DNA of 60,330 nucleotides, filler included, from Squatina squatina (lineage: Eukaryota), in the NCBI GenBank assembly GCA_031763465.1. It is 4 parts of 4 records of this genome, joined end to end, with 100 filler letters (N's around TTAATTAATTAA, not from the genome) between each part and the next. Parts side by side here need not be neighbours in the genome. Positions count along the whole stretch, not along the records: positions 31,622 to 46,042 come from JARFOE010000222.1; positions 46,143 to 60,330 come from JARFOE010000100.1; 2 more parts are not named here. One strand, given 5' to 3'. A program made the translations under genes and the position numbers. The notes below the pieces were generated by a model. It saw only the letters and a program-made list of their open reading frames with translations, ran no database searches and was not told the origin of the DNA. Shown piece after piece: positions 36,703 to 49,419 of this stretch; positions within the stretch are counted from its first letter, which is position 1; the number at the start of each line of letters is the position of its first letter.

Positions 36703-39700
36703 TTGGCGTGCGGGAGAAGCTTTTGAAGTTGGAGATGTTCTCGCAATTCGCAGAGCGCGCACACCCTGAGTCCAGACTGGGCACCAGTTGGCCGTGACTC
36801 CCCAGTCCAATCACTCGGGCAGATTAGCCATGTTTGGGAGTCATTCCTGCAGGTAATTAGGCGAGCTGAGGAACCCTGGCAAGCAGACGGGGTCTGTAGC
36901 TCCCTCTACCTGGGGCTCTCCAGTGGGGAGGTGGGGGGAATTCGCCGGGCGCCCAGCGCTCCTTCGGACTCTTGCAAATTCTCTCCAAAGGTGAGCGCTC
37001 GGAACAAAACGAAGCCTCCAGCCTCAGAGCCGACGTGACGTGCAGTCCGAGANNNNNNNNNNNNNNNNNNNNNNNNNNNNNNNNNNNNNNNNNNNNNNNN
37101 NNNNNNNNNNNNNNNNNNNNNNNNNNNNNNNNNNNNNNNNNNNNNNNNNNNNGTAGATTCAGTGGACGTCAGTGGATTCAGTTCCCGTCCTTTCCCATAT
37201 TGGCGACCATCGTCGAACCGGTGCATTGAAGAAAAATGTCTGCAAATCGTTTGTGGAAGTACCGCGTACGCTAAATAACTTTGGTTTTGTATCAGATAGC
37301 ACGAGGTGTGACATTTCACACGCTTAGCACTGATTATATTTTAAATATCCCAATTAAGCAGATTACAGGTATGCTGAAATATTCGCATACCGTTTTTTTT
37401 AATTTGATGGATTTAAGATATTTAACTAGTCGAATCCAAACTCTTCGAAAGTTATCTAAATAGCTGTTTATATTACAGGTAAGTGCTGCCAAACTCATCT
37501 TTCTTTCCCTTTTCACAGTTGCATAACCAAAAAGGAAATCAGTATGCTTTATAAAGGAAAGGTCTGAAACATTACAATGCTAACGATTTTTGTTGATCCA
37601 ATAATATGTATTAATCCATTGAAAAGTTACAACTGCCTAGTTAAACGTGGCTTCGTGGCTAGTGCAATAAAGTCCAACCATGCTGCCTGAAATAGACTCC
37701 TTTTTAGATTAATGCCAGGCAGCACAATATGTAACTTACCCAGCCAGCAAGATTTTAAGTCAGAAACGGAAACGTATTGGTTTGTTTTATTATCCCGATG
37801 ATAACCTGATCGTATGTGTGCGCACAGAAGCTCGCGGTATTGGTTGGCTCAGTGTCCAGTTGAATAACCAGTTGATTACGCTTTTTTGCCAACCGTATCC
37901 GATTAATCAGTGGTTGGCTTGAAGTGATCAGCGTGGCTGTGCCAAATAGCATTTTAAGTAATTACAATAATTAAAAAATAATTGCCGAATGTTGTATTAA
38001 TTTATACTTTGTCTTTTTCTTTGTTACAGATATGAAGATCCTTTTTTTTCCTTGTTCATCCATGGCAGTGCTTGATGAAGCGAGGACGACCTCCTCAGAC
38101 AGACATATCGTTACCTCTCCCAGTGAGGAGAGCCCAAGCACTGAACTCAAGTGAACACTAAACCGCCTATTTTAGAGTGGATATAGCGCTGTGCAATTAG
38201 GTTCTTCCTTATCACTTGGCTGATTTTACTACCTGTGTATATAGTTTTTTTTTTGTAGCACATAAACCATTTTTGGTGGGGGGAAAGGGGAGGAGGAGGA
38301 AAACTTATTAAAATTCAGAGTTTAGCAAATGTATGACNNNNNNNNNNNNNNNNNNNNNNNNNNNNNNNNNNNNNNNNNNNNNNNNNNNNNNNNNNNNNNN
38401 NNNNNNNNNNNNNNNNNNNNNNNNNNNNNNNNNNNNNACGTTGACTCTGTTTTTCTCTCCACAGATGCTGCCTGACCTGCTGAGTTTTTCCAGCAATTTT
38501 TGTTTGTATTCAACCAATTTTACATCACCCTAATGCCATGCGCTATTGGGGCGCTATTCCATGCTGCAGCATTTCCAGCACAGCATTCATGAATTTCAGG
38601 CCCCAGGTCTGCACTAAATATTCTCTTGGGTTCAGTATTGCTAGTCATTACTCTAAGTGGGCTCCGTGCCCCTATGATCAGGAGTTTCCCTTTACTGCCC
38701 AACATGTAATTGTACAATAGTATAACCTAGGGGTCATAACAACAAAACCTTTTATTTTGTGCACTGGATACTGTAATCTTGCACATGCACCATGTGTGAT
38801 TCATTTATCTTCTGAAACGTGAACTGATCAGTATTATATGTAAAATAAATTAGTGTTTAACAAACAGAATATATTTTTTAGTGAAATTCAATCTATCTTT
38901 TGCTTCCCATAGCATTAAAATAATAAATATAGCACTTTATGTTTGTTAATAAGGTAGATTCATTTTACAGACTAGCAAATCCCTGAACCGAGGCAGCTCT
39001 TACCTCAATAAGAGAGTTATTTCCCTCTGTGACTGTTTTTCACTCCACACTTCTCCAGACTCTGCTTGTTTCAGCTTTAGAGAAAGCCAAAGACTTAACC
39101 TCTAACCCTTCCCAGCTCTCTGTGTTGGGAACTGGTGAGTTGAACTGCCAATCAAACCTATTATTACCCTCCTGGGTGTGGGCCCTCTGGCAGCTACCTT
39201 CTGCTGGGCTCAAATGAATAGGCCATCCCAATGATAATAGTGATTAGCCGCATTCACCTGTGCAAAACGGATTCTCTGACACACATTGGACCCCAATGGC
39301 ATATTAATGGGCTACTGGGTGAAGGGTGTGTTGTGGATGTTCCGCTCAGTAAAACCTGGTGGAACAGCCTAAACTTATTTTTATAGGGACAGGAGGAGTA
39401 GGAGAGGTCTCCTAGGCTTCCCAAGAATAATGTGGCCTCGAGAGCCCGAGTCCCCAAGAGCTAACGCCCATCTCCATGATTGCAACCTTTCAGAACTTTC
39501 CCTTTTCCCAGTTGGTTCAGCCTCCGGACGATAATGCACCACCCTGGAGCTGGCGAGCTGCCTCGGGACACTAGTATGGGGCATGCAGCTTGCCAAAAAT
39601 ATGCTAATGAGGCCCACCGTTGATATGGATGGTCCTCCTGTCACAATCTTCGGGCGATCGACCCACCTGGCCACCCAGAATTAAAGTCAATCTTTTCATC

Positions 39701-39827
39701 TCAACTGAAACTACTCACGTGGGCGGTTGCTCAATGGCTTTGAGTAAACGAGTTTGATGAGATAGGAATGGGAACGTTTTAATTCTGCTCTATTCACATG
39801 GAAGGAAGCACTTTCATTTTATTGTTA

Positions 39828-39991
39828 CTTTACATCCTCAGGACATCCCAAAGAGTTTCAACTGTAGTCACTGTTGCTATGTAGGCCAATATGGCAATCA
39901 ATTGGCACACAGCAAGGCCCCACAAACAGCAAGAAAGACAGATGACCCAGTTCATTTGCTTTGATTTTGCTGGTTGAGTGCTGGAGATCAG
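39828..39991 (-). mobile_element. Deu-type SINE 3' part
   Basis: cctcaggacatcccaaag...gcacacagcaaggccccacaaacagcaa matches the copy at 22258. Confidence 0.65.
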
Positions 39992-42401
39992 NNNNNNNNN
40001 NNNNNNNNNNNNNNNNNNNNNNNNNNNNNNNNNNNNNNNNNNNNNNNNNNNNNNNNNNNNNNNNNNNNNNNNNNNNNNNNNNNNNNNNNNNGTGTCAGAT
40101 TGAGATAGCACACCAACATGCTGAATGGTGATATTTTAGTTACTCCACAGGCACGCTGTGGGCTTTGTAGATAATAGGAATCATTGACTCTGACATGAAA
40201 CCACATTAACAGAAATAGCTGCAGAGAAACTTTGTGGAGGCAGAAAGTGGCAGGTGTATACTTATCCACATCATTGCAGCATTGAAGTCTGTGCTAAGTG
40301 AAGATGTGTCTGTCTAGTTAAAGTAAAAGGTGATTACAGGGTTTCTGCTGAGCAAACTTCCTTTCTAGACATAATATAACTTGTCTAAACAAAGAAAGTG
40401 ATTATTCACGACTGGGGCAAGTTGATCCTCAGCAGCAAAATGATTGATCTCAGTGGGGAGGTGCCTTTTGTTTGAGGGAAACATGGAATCAGTGTCGAGG
40501 TCGTGTAAGACAATAGTTTGGAAGGATGGCAGTAATTATATACACCTAGCCTGTCTGCAGTACTGTCTAGATGCAACATTAAGAAATTCAAATGTTTCAC
40601 CCTGTGGGGAATAACATTTAGCATAATTTCATGTGTCATACTGGTGATTTTATGTTACAGGTTTGTTTGTTTAATTCATTACTTTGTCAGTGAACATTAA
40701 CTTGTTATTTGAGTTACTCAAAAATATCTCCTACAATTTTTACTGCTTGCCTTTTAGAAGATTTAGGGGATTTTGGGTTGATGGTAAAAATGATTATGAG
40801 TGCTTGTCATCATTTGATGACACAGATCTAGATAGTGTAGGGCAAGAACACCAGGCAGGGTTGCCAAGGAGGGAATGGGAAGGGAAGAGAAAGGATGGAG
40901 AACAAGAGTAAGTGGGTCAGGACGGAGGAGGCAAGGTAGGATAATGACTGTGGAGAAAAAGACTTTGCAGGTCTGTAATGGGGAAGAGATTGGTTAGAGT
41001 CACAGTGGCCAGAAAGAGGTAGCCATGGTCATGATTGAGTAGGCTAAGAATGGGGGACAAGGAAGAGAGGAAGAATGGAAGAGGAGGTAAAAAGAGAGGG
41101 CAAGGTCAGGTAAGGCATAACTGAGGAGGGTGAAAAAATGTTTGAACAGGGTTGTCTCAGACTAAATCTTTTCTTTCCTTAAACAACTGTTAGTAATTGC
41201 CTGGTCTCCATCTGGTCCCTCCTCTCGTTGATGCAATGCAGTCCGTAAATTTATTGGCTGGAATATTACCAGCCCTACGAGTGCGGGTTTGGAGGCGGGC
41301 CCGCTGTCAAAATGACCGAGCTTGACAGCAGGGCAGGAGCCTGCTCTGAACCCGCCACCGTGTAAGTTTCCAAAGGGTCGGGTTTGACTGTGGTTTACAG
41401 ACCTGACACCAAGCGGCGGGCCAGTCAATTAAGATCATTAAGGGTTAGTTTAGAGGTATTGGAAAAGAATTTTACAAGGTACTTACCATTTTTCCAAGTT
41501 TTTCAGCAGCTTCCTGTCACTCAGCCTTTACGTAAGCGTGTTGGGTTCTCCATGACTCCCCTTTGCTTTGACTAGTCGACAGCTGCAAAAGTGATATAAA
41601 AACTACCATTTCACTTTCCAATCTCCGAAGCTGACNNNNNNNNNNNNNNNNNNNNNNNNNNNNNNNNNNNNNNNNNNNNNNNNNNNNNNNNNNNNNNNNN
41701 NNNNNNNNNNNNNNNNNNNNNNNNNNNNNNNNNNNTTTTACACTCTTGCTATTGTATTTTGTAAACTCCATAAATCGATCAGACACCTTATGCTTTATAC
41801 TGCAAACAAATGCAATATTTGGACTCAGTGGTTGAGTCCATGATGTTTGAACCAGTGAAGCTGCCCCCCACACTGCTGGCTCTCAGTTAGGCAACTACTG
41901 TTTTATTCCCCCACTGTGTAGAAGCTGTCACTGTGCATACATGGATGTCACAAGCTATGTACTCTGATAACAGGAACATTGCCCGTGGTGACATGCGAGG
42001 GTTAATTTGGTGCCAAATTCACTGTCCATTTACATTCATCTCTAAACTAAATGGAGACAATCAACATTATAGGTGGGGGCTTATTTTATGTAGAGATGAT
42101 TTGGAGCCTAAGAACTGTAATCTACATTGCCATCTGGAGGTTTGGTCTGCTCTGACCTGATTGGTAGCAATATAAACAGGGCAAGATTGTTTTCACAGCA
42201 ATGCTGTTACAATCCATGTCAAAGCCAGTAGCAGGCCCCAAAAAGTGATGTTATTTTTGGCTGTTATGAATCTTACCTGAAAGTATTGTTGACCTTATCT
42301 GAAGATGGTACAGGTTCAATACACAGTGACAGTCATAAAGTGAACATGTTACATTAAGTGATTGGAGATCCAATGGTCTTTAATAATCATTGATAGGCAG
42401 A

Positions 42402-42473
42402 TAACACACCAGTGCTTTGGGATTGCTTCACAGCCAGGTAACACATCAGTGCTTTGGGATTGCTTCACAGCCA
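42402..42473. repeat. Tandem duplication, period 37 bp
   Basis: taacaca(c/t)cagtgctttgggattgcttcacagcca at 42402 and 42439. Confidence 0.9.
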
Positions 42474-45400
42474 ATCAGAAGTACAAGAAACAGCATGGAC
42501 TCATCGGTATGTCCTTGAGTGAGGCATGACAAATAGCCTGATTTGTTACAAATGTGTTCTACACGTGGTATATGTTGGAATGCTTTTTAATTGCAAAAAG
42601 AAAAGTTAACCATCCAAGAAGGTATTGAACTTGTTAATGTTCCTGCAAGTCCTGATCAGTTGAATGGGAACCTCCAGCCTGGAGTATATTCTTCAAAAGT
42701 GAAGATGGAAGCCTAAATTTTCTGATATGCACTGGTGGCAGGCAAAAGACCTTGCTGCTGGTACATACCTGGAAAATTTAGGCCAAAAATTACACTTTAA
42801 TACAAGAACTTACTTATTTGGAAAAACGGTTTATATTTCCGATAATGGATGGTCCAAGTTTGGTGAGTATATACCAGCCTATATCCTGTGGCATTGCCCA
42901 CAGTGAGTTGTTGGAGGCTATTATGGCGTGGAGGTGCTTTGATGTGGCATGCAAGAGCAGGGAGGAGTGCACATTCCCAGTAAAAGCATTTAGGAAATGG
43001 TTTGTGAGAAAGTGTTTTTCAGCTAGTTTCTGGAAAGTAAATACTGTTTTGCAGGTAGATAAATACTGTTACATAAATAAATTAATCTGTGTATGTAACG
43101 TGGGAGAGAAGGGTAGCTCAGAACCATGTGAATGCATAATTATTTTGTCCAGGGGTGAGGTGTATGTGATGGAGGGTGGGATACAAAGTGCTAATGAGTT
43201 TGATTGCTGAACAGCTTTAGTGACAATGTAGGGGAATCTAGGGTGCACACATACCTAAAATTGGGTCTGCATAGTGGCAATAAAAAACAAACCAGAGATG
43301 TATTATTGAGAGAGAGTGAGGAAAGTGACTGGAAGAGTGGCACAAATCTGTGTATGGAACAGTACACAAACATATGTCTCCATTTAATAAATAGAAATTT
43401 CATAAATAAATAACCTCAATGTTTTCATGTTTTTAATCCAAAAAGGATCAAATTTATATTTACTTTCAAAGTTCCGATATTGGTTTCCTGACTTTGTGCT
43501 GCCAGGCCTTCTCTATCACTGGCAAGGGAGGGCGAAGGGAAGGGTGGATACAAACACCAAGTCCTAGCACAAAAATATTATGGGAGTTGTTGGCAGAGTT
43601 ACATGCTGGAAATTCCCGCAGCTGAGAATGATAGTTGTGGGAAGCAGCATGAACTCGATGAGGCACAGGCCTCCAAAAGAAAATTTTGTTAAGCACATAA
43701 GATTCTGTTTAAGCACGCAAGGTTCTGTTTTATAGCTAAGTTGAATAATCATTTAGTAAATTATGTTTTTGATCTCTACTATATTACAAACCACTTTTCC
43801 AGTACTAAGTTTCTCACCTTATGAAGAATCCAAGATGGTGGCCCAAAGGATTTTCAAAATTGGTAGCTTTTCTTAACTGCTCATTGGTGACTAGTTGTTT
43901 TCATACATACTTAGTTTTATCATTGGAGGTTTGCTGCCTCCAATTTATATGTTCCCTCCCTGTTTGGTTGTTTTATGAATANNNNNNNNNNNNNNNNNNN
44001 NNNNNNNNNNNNNNNNNNNNNNNNNNNNNNNNNNNNNNNNNNNNNNNNNNNNNNNNNNNNNNNNNNNNNNNNNNNNNNNNNACACAATTAAGATGCTACA
44101 TTGGAATTCACTACCATAAGCTTTCTTATTGTAATCTCTTTATAACAAACTCTTGTTCCTGGTCCTGACAGAATCTCCATTACAGTAAGCAGTGCAACTA
44201 AGTAATGATCCATCTTCCCCACAATAGGTGGAGCCAATTTTGGTGACACTATGAATTATAATAATTCTGAATTTATTTTATCTCTGTGAATTCTGAAAAC
44301 ACAAGACAGTTCAAAATAACTAGGCAGTTAAAATTTCTCATCATAAAACCAAGCAAAGATAAAATTATCTTATCTGCAAAAAATATCATTATACAAATGT
44401 AACTCTGTTTAAGTTTGTTTTTATTTCTATCTACATTATGTTCTACATTTTGCCTAACTTATACTACACCAAAATGCTCTCAGCTTTGAGCTATGTAGTT
44501 CAAAACTAGCAGTTGTCTTATTTTGAAGTATTTGTTTTTATCCTTCTCTCTCTTTTACTCCCTCCACTATTTTTCTTTCTGCCTGTCCACTCCTGTGAAT
44601 TGAACAAGGACAAAAAAAAGTAAAGCTAAAGCCTTGGGTGCAGTGACCACCATGAAGCACTGTTCTTGCTGAATAATGTGGAGGATCTGAGCACTCATTT
44701 GGTTCTTATCAGCTTCATGTTCAGAGCATGAAACATCTTTAAATTGCTATGGTAACAGATTTAGAATACAAGATGAGCATTAGCTATAATATAGATAGAT
44801 GCTGACATTTTACAAAAAAGACCAAGTTTACAGAGAACACATATATTTTTCAAAAGAGTTAGATCACAAGCCTATTATCTATAGAGAAGAGTGCCCGCNN
44901 NNNNNNNNNNNNNNNNNNNNNNNNNNNNNNNNNNNNNNNNNNNNNNNNNNNNNNNNNNNNNNNNNNNNNNNNNNNNNNNNNNNNNNNNNNNNNNNNNNTG
45001 TGACCCATTATCTATTATTTAATGGATTTCACCAGTATTTTCCCTGTTGTCTAGTATAATCAGTCAATCATCCTTGTTGACCATTTTTGATTAGATGTGA
45101 TTAACATATGCCCTTTATTTAGGATTGTAGATATGAAAAATTACAACAAAACAAAATTTTAAAAAAGAACGAATCTGGTGGGATCTTTCTTCTTTGTTTC
45201 CATTTACATTGACCTGTGAAAATTATGCCATTGCCCATGGTTTACAGCAGACTTCTTATTTATATTGCGTTAAAAATACCTTGAAGGCATAGTTGTGCTT
45301 TCCAGTTCCAACAGCTGAGCCCTGACCCTGGGGGAGTTTGCAATATCTCTTTCTGTTTAAAAAAAGAACAGGTGGAAAGGTGGGGGAAGGGTTGGGATCT

Positions 45401-46086
45401 GAGTGGATAAATATTTGTGATGTCCATCATTTCTGAATCATCTTTTCTATAGTCAGCATGTCATTAAACATTATTTAAAAGGTATGTATTTAAATTGTGC
45501 TTAAGTGTTAAAGAATAGACAAATTCTCAGTGATCAGTAATTACAATATTTTTAAAAGTTAAAAATACATTATGTTGGCAGCCATGCTGTTCCGTTAGTT
45601 GTTATATGTCCTTAAAATTCTTTGCTGGCAAATTGAGCAGTAAAGGTGCACTATTCGGATGAAAATTTAAATGTGGCAAATTGTCAAATATTTCATAAAG
45701 CTTTACTGTAATCCTGCATATCTTTTTCTGTTTCTTACCAATGATGTACTGTAAACTTTTTCCATAGTGCTTGTGTCTATGTCTGCTTAACAGCATTTTA
45801 AAAAACAGAGAACTCACAGTGCATTTTAATGTGACATGCTTATTTGAATGTTTTAACGAGGGATTCCTCATGAACAAGTTGAACAGATGTGAGGTGACAT
45901 GAATGTAAGTGAGTGTTCTTAGTTTTGCTTTGTATTGGTCATGATGGGATGTGTTTATGAAAAACCAACTGAAAGGATATGGAGGCAGGTCATCAGTTAG
46001 CTTAGTTCAACAAGGCACATTATTCCTGAGTGACGAATATATNNNNNNNNNNNNNNNNNNNNNNNNNNNNNNNNNNNNNNNNNNNN

Positions 46087-46098
46087 TTAATTAATTAA
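46087..46098. other. Artificial scaffold-joining spacer TTAATTAATTAA
   Basis: Same linker centred in an N block. Confidence 0.97.
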
Positions 46099-46168
46099 NN
46101 NNNNNNNNNNNNNNNNNNNNNNNNNNNNNNNNNNNNNNNNNNATGCTGTTTTTTTTTTTAAATTGTAG

Positions 46169-46247
46169 GAGGATCCCCATATAACTTGAATTTTAGAGTC
46201 AAATTTTTTGTGACCGTTCTCAATAAGCTACAAGAGGAATACACAAG
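46169..46247 (+). CDS. PTPN4: PTPN4 FERM-domain exon (79 nt)
   Basis: (R)GSPYNLNFRVKFFVTVLNKLQEEYT(R), AG/GT bounded. Confidence 0.88.
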
Positions 46248-47774
46248 GTGGGTGCTGAATATAAGTAAAAGGGAAATGATTTGTGGGTGGGGGGAGAAGA
46301 GGGTTAAGAGTTTGTAAGATTAATGACAAGGACCTTTTAATTGTAATTGGTCACCATTTCAGTTTATTCACAATGTTCCACCACTCTTGACCTTTGGCTC
46401 CGTCAGGCGCAGCAATCTACTTTTAGACTTCTCTCCCCCTAAAGTTGTTTTTTGACTGTTGCACTGAAAATCCTCCAAGTAGGGAGTTGGCATCAATGTG
46501 AGTCGTTGCCACCTCAAAGGTGAGATCTTGCTGTCGATCATGGAGTTACTAGAAACAAGATATTCAATTTTTGATTCAGTTTTCCATTTAAGAGAAAAAA
46601 TGTCTGGGAATTGCATTTAATAAATATTCACATTTTGCAGCAAATTGCAGAATTATTTTTTATTATAAACTATTTTATGTTGGGCCTTTCACATCCTCAA
46701 GGCATTCNNNNNNNNNNNNNNNNNNNNNNNNNNNNNNNNNNNNNNNNNNNNNNNNNNNNNNNNNNNNNNNNNNNNNNNNNNNNNNNNNNNNNNNNNNNNN
46801 NNNNNNNAAAGATTTCAAATTTATGCATTTTGTGGTCACATGATCCCAGAGGTTCCTGTATTTGCATGTTAGGGGATACAGGATTTGTAAGGTCTCCATA
46901 ATTAATGTCGCATTGTACAAGCAACAATCTTGGAACACATTTAATAGTTACTGTTGCCATACTTTGACTAGGCCATTTTCTGTTTACACTGGATTGGTTA
47001 AAGTTGAGCATTATTTTCTATGTATACCCTTAACTCCTAGTGTAAAATATCATCGACTTTATCTGCCGTGAGGGCCACAACAGACCCATGTCTTTAACGT
47101 TGTCCTCTGCCTACTTATCAGCTTGAGATCTCATTTCAGTCCTTTAATTTTTACATTTTCAATAAACATGTTTAACTACCCTCCAACTTGCATTTTTATG
47201 CAGTTTCTTGAAATAGAAGCGGTTATTGAAGTGTCTATTGCACGATGTATTTTTGGTTCACCTCTCGGCAAACAGAAAATTCTTCTCAGTCAAAGGAAAG
47301 GGATGCTGTCCCTATTTATCCATTTCTCTCTCTCCCTCACAAACACTTCATCTACTTTGTTCATCGCATCCCTTTTGCAATAGAACCACCGATGTATTTT
47401 AAAATTTATATTGCACGATTCCACATTAAATAATAAATCTGAAAGCAGAGTTGGCTAGAACCACTAAGTCTACTGGGATGACTGTTGAATAAAAAAGTCC
47501 AATCTCTCTAGGTGCCATGTGGTGGTATAACAGGGGCAAACTAGAGCCTTTTGTACATTTATCAATAAATAGGGCAGTACTGTGGTGTAGCTTAGTGAAG
47601 CAGAATGTTAGTTCTCTGTAAGAAATGGCTTCAACACTGCAGACTGAATACAAATATAACCCTAAATCCTGTTCCCTGCTGCTTATGCAAAATAACAATC
47701 TTTTTGCACTTTGACAGGCACACATCAAATGAAGACTAGCTGGATACACATTGGGCAAAACAAGTCTTCCTTTC

Positions 47775-48200
47775 TAGGAACATAGAAACATACTCAGCCC
47801 CTCAAGCAAGCTCCACCATTCACTTAGATCATGGCTGATCTGTATCTCAACTCCATTTACCCGCCTTGGCTCCAAATCCCTTGATTCCATTTCCTAACAA
47901 CAGTCTGTCTCAGTCTTGAAAGCACCAATTGTCCCAGCATCCACAGATTTTGAGGGAGAAGCTTCCAGATTTCTACTAGCCTTTATGTGAAAAAGTGCTT
48001 CCTGACTTCCCTGAACGGCCTAGCTCTAATTTTAAGATTATGACCCTGTATTCTTGATTCCCCCATCAGAGGAAATAGTTACTCTGTATCGACCTTGATC
48101 AGATCACCACTCAGTCTTTTATACTCAAGGGAATACAAGCTACGTTTATACAACCTGTCCTCATAATTTAACCCTCTAAGCCCCGATATCATTCTGTATC
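47775..48200 (-). mobile_element. CR1-type LINE 3' end
   Basis: gaacatagaaacata tail, ccattcacttagatcatggctgatctg, and TRGHNLKIR-type coding on the minus strand. Confidence 0.75.
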
Positions 48201-49085
48201 AAATTCTCTTCCTGTTCACCAGCAAATTAAGAACTTGGATCAGCTACAACGCCCAGTTAACAATGGGAAATGGGAGATAAACGCAGGGATGGTGAATTCT
48301 GATAAATGCATTCAACTTATTTTAGTGAACACAGTCAGACTGTCATGTGCGAACTGGACATACTTTAAGAGATTGCGACACCTGGATGAAAAAGAAAGAG
48401 AAAAGATCTTCGGGCCACCAAGTGCAGTTAATAGCGTGATAGCACTTTGGTTCACTGGNNNNNNNNNNNNNNNNNNNNNNNNNNNNNNNNNNNNNNNNNN
48501 NNNNNNNNNNNNNNNNNNNNNNNNNNNNNNNNNNNNNNNNNNNNNNNNNNNNNNNNNNGGGGTTACATGTGCTACCTTCCAATCTGTAGGAACTGTTCCA
48601 GAATCTATAGACAGACAGTCATTCTCACCATTTAACACAGCATCAAAGAATAAAAGCTTTAACACTACTTAAAAACTGTAACTTGCCCTTGGTGGGTCAC
48701 TGGGTTTACACAAAGATTAGCTGACCCATATACCAAGAAGTCTCTAATTTCAGTCCATGGTCTGTACTGAATTAGTGCAACGAGTGCTCTATAATTGGCA
48801 CAAGTTATCCTGGATTCCTGCTCATGACCCCCTATTAGAAAGTGAGTCCTGTATGATGAGGACAAGATTTGTTTACCCAATGATGCTCTCATGATTCAAG
48901 TATCCTGCTGAATCTCACCGATTAAGAGAAGCCTCCAAGATTTTTAGGATGATCAGTGTCCGTGGAAGGCGGCGAAGAGTTGGAGGCAAAAAAGTCAAAT
49001 TTAAATTTTTCCAATATTAAAACTATAGTTCAGAACAAGCAAGATAATTTGCTTCTAACTCTTGCAATTTAATTTTTTTTTTAAG

Positions 49086-49206
49086 CTGAACTGGGAGACT
49101 ACAACAATTCAGAGCACTTGCCAGGCTACCTCGTCGATTATTCTTTTGTCTCCAACCAGCCTCAAGACTTTGAAAAAGAAATAGCAAAATTGCATCAGCA
49201 GCATAA
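49086..49206 (+). CDS. PTPN4: PTPN4 FERM-domain exon (121 nt)
   Basis: ELGDYNNSEHLPGYLVDYSFVSNQPQDFEKEIAKLHQQH; taag| and |gtgagt. Confidence 0.92.
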
Positions 49207-49331
49207 GTGAGTTATTCTAATGTATTCTATTTATTTCAAGCTGTAATGCTCTTTTTGATGCTTTAAAATATTTAAGTATTGCCTGTTGTTTCACTGCTTA
49301 ATTTAAATGTGCTTTTTTTAAAAAAAAACAG

Positions 49332-49419
49332 AGGACTCTCTCCCGCGGAATCAGAATTAAATTACTTAAATACAGCACGCAGCTTAGAACTATATGGAGT
49401 CGAATTGCACTATGCACGG
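49332..49419 (+). CDS. PTPN4: PTPN4 FERM-domain exon (88 nt)
   Basis: GLSPAESELNYLNTARSLELYGVELHYAR; phase-compatible with the previous exon. Confidence 0.92.

Noticed and set aside
38030-38154. Possible terminal exon MKILFFPCSSMAVLDEARTT...ELK*
   Set aside because: No recognised homology, and the frame depends on a homopolymer length
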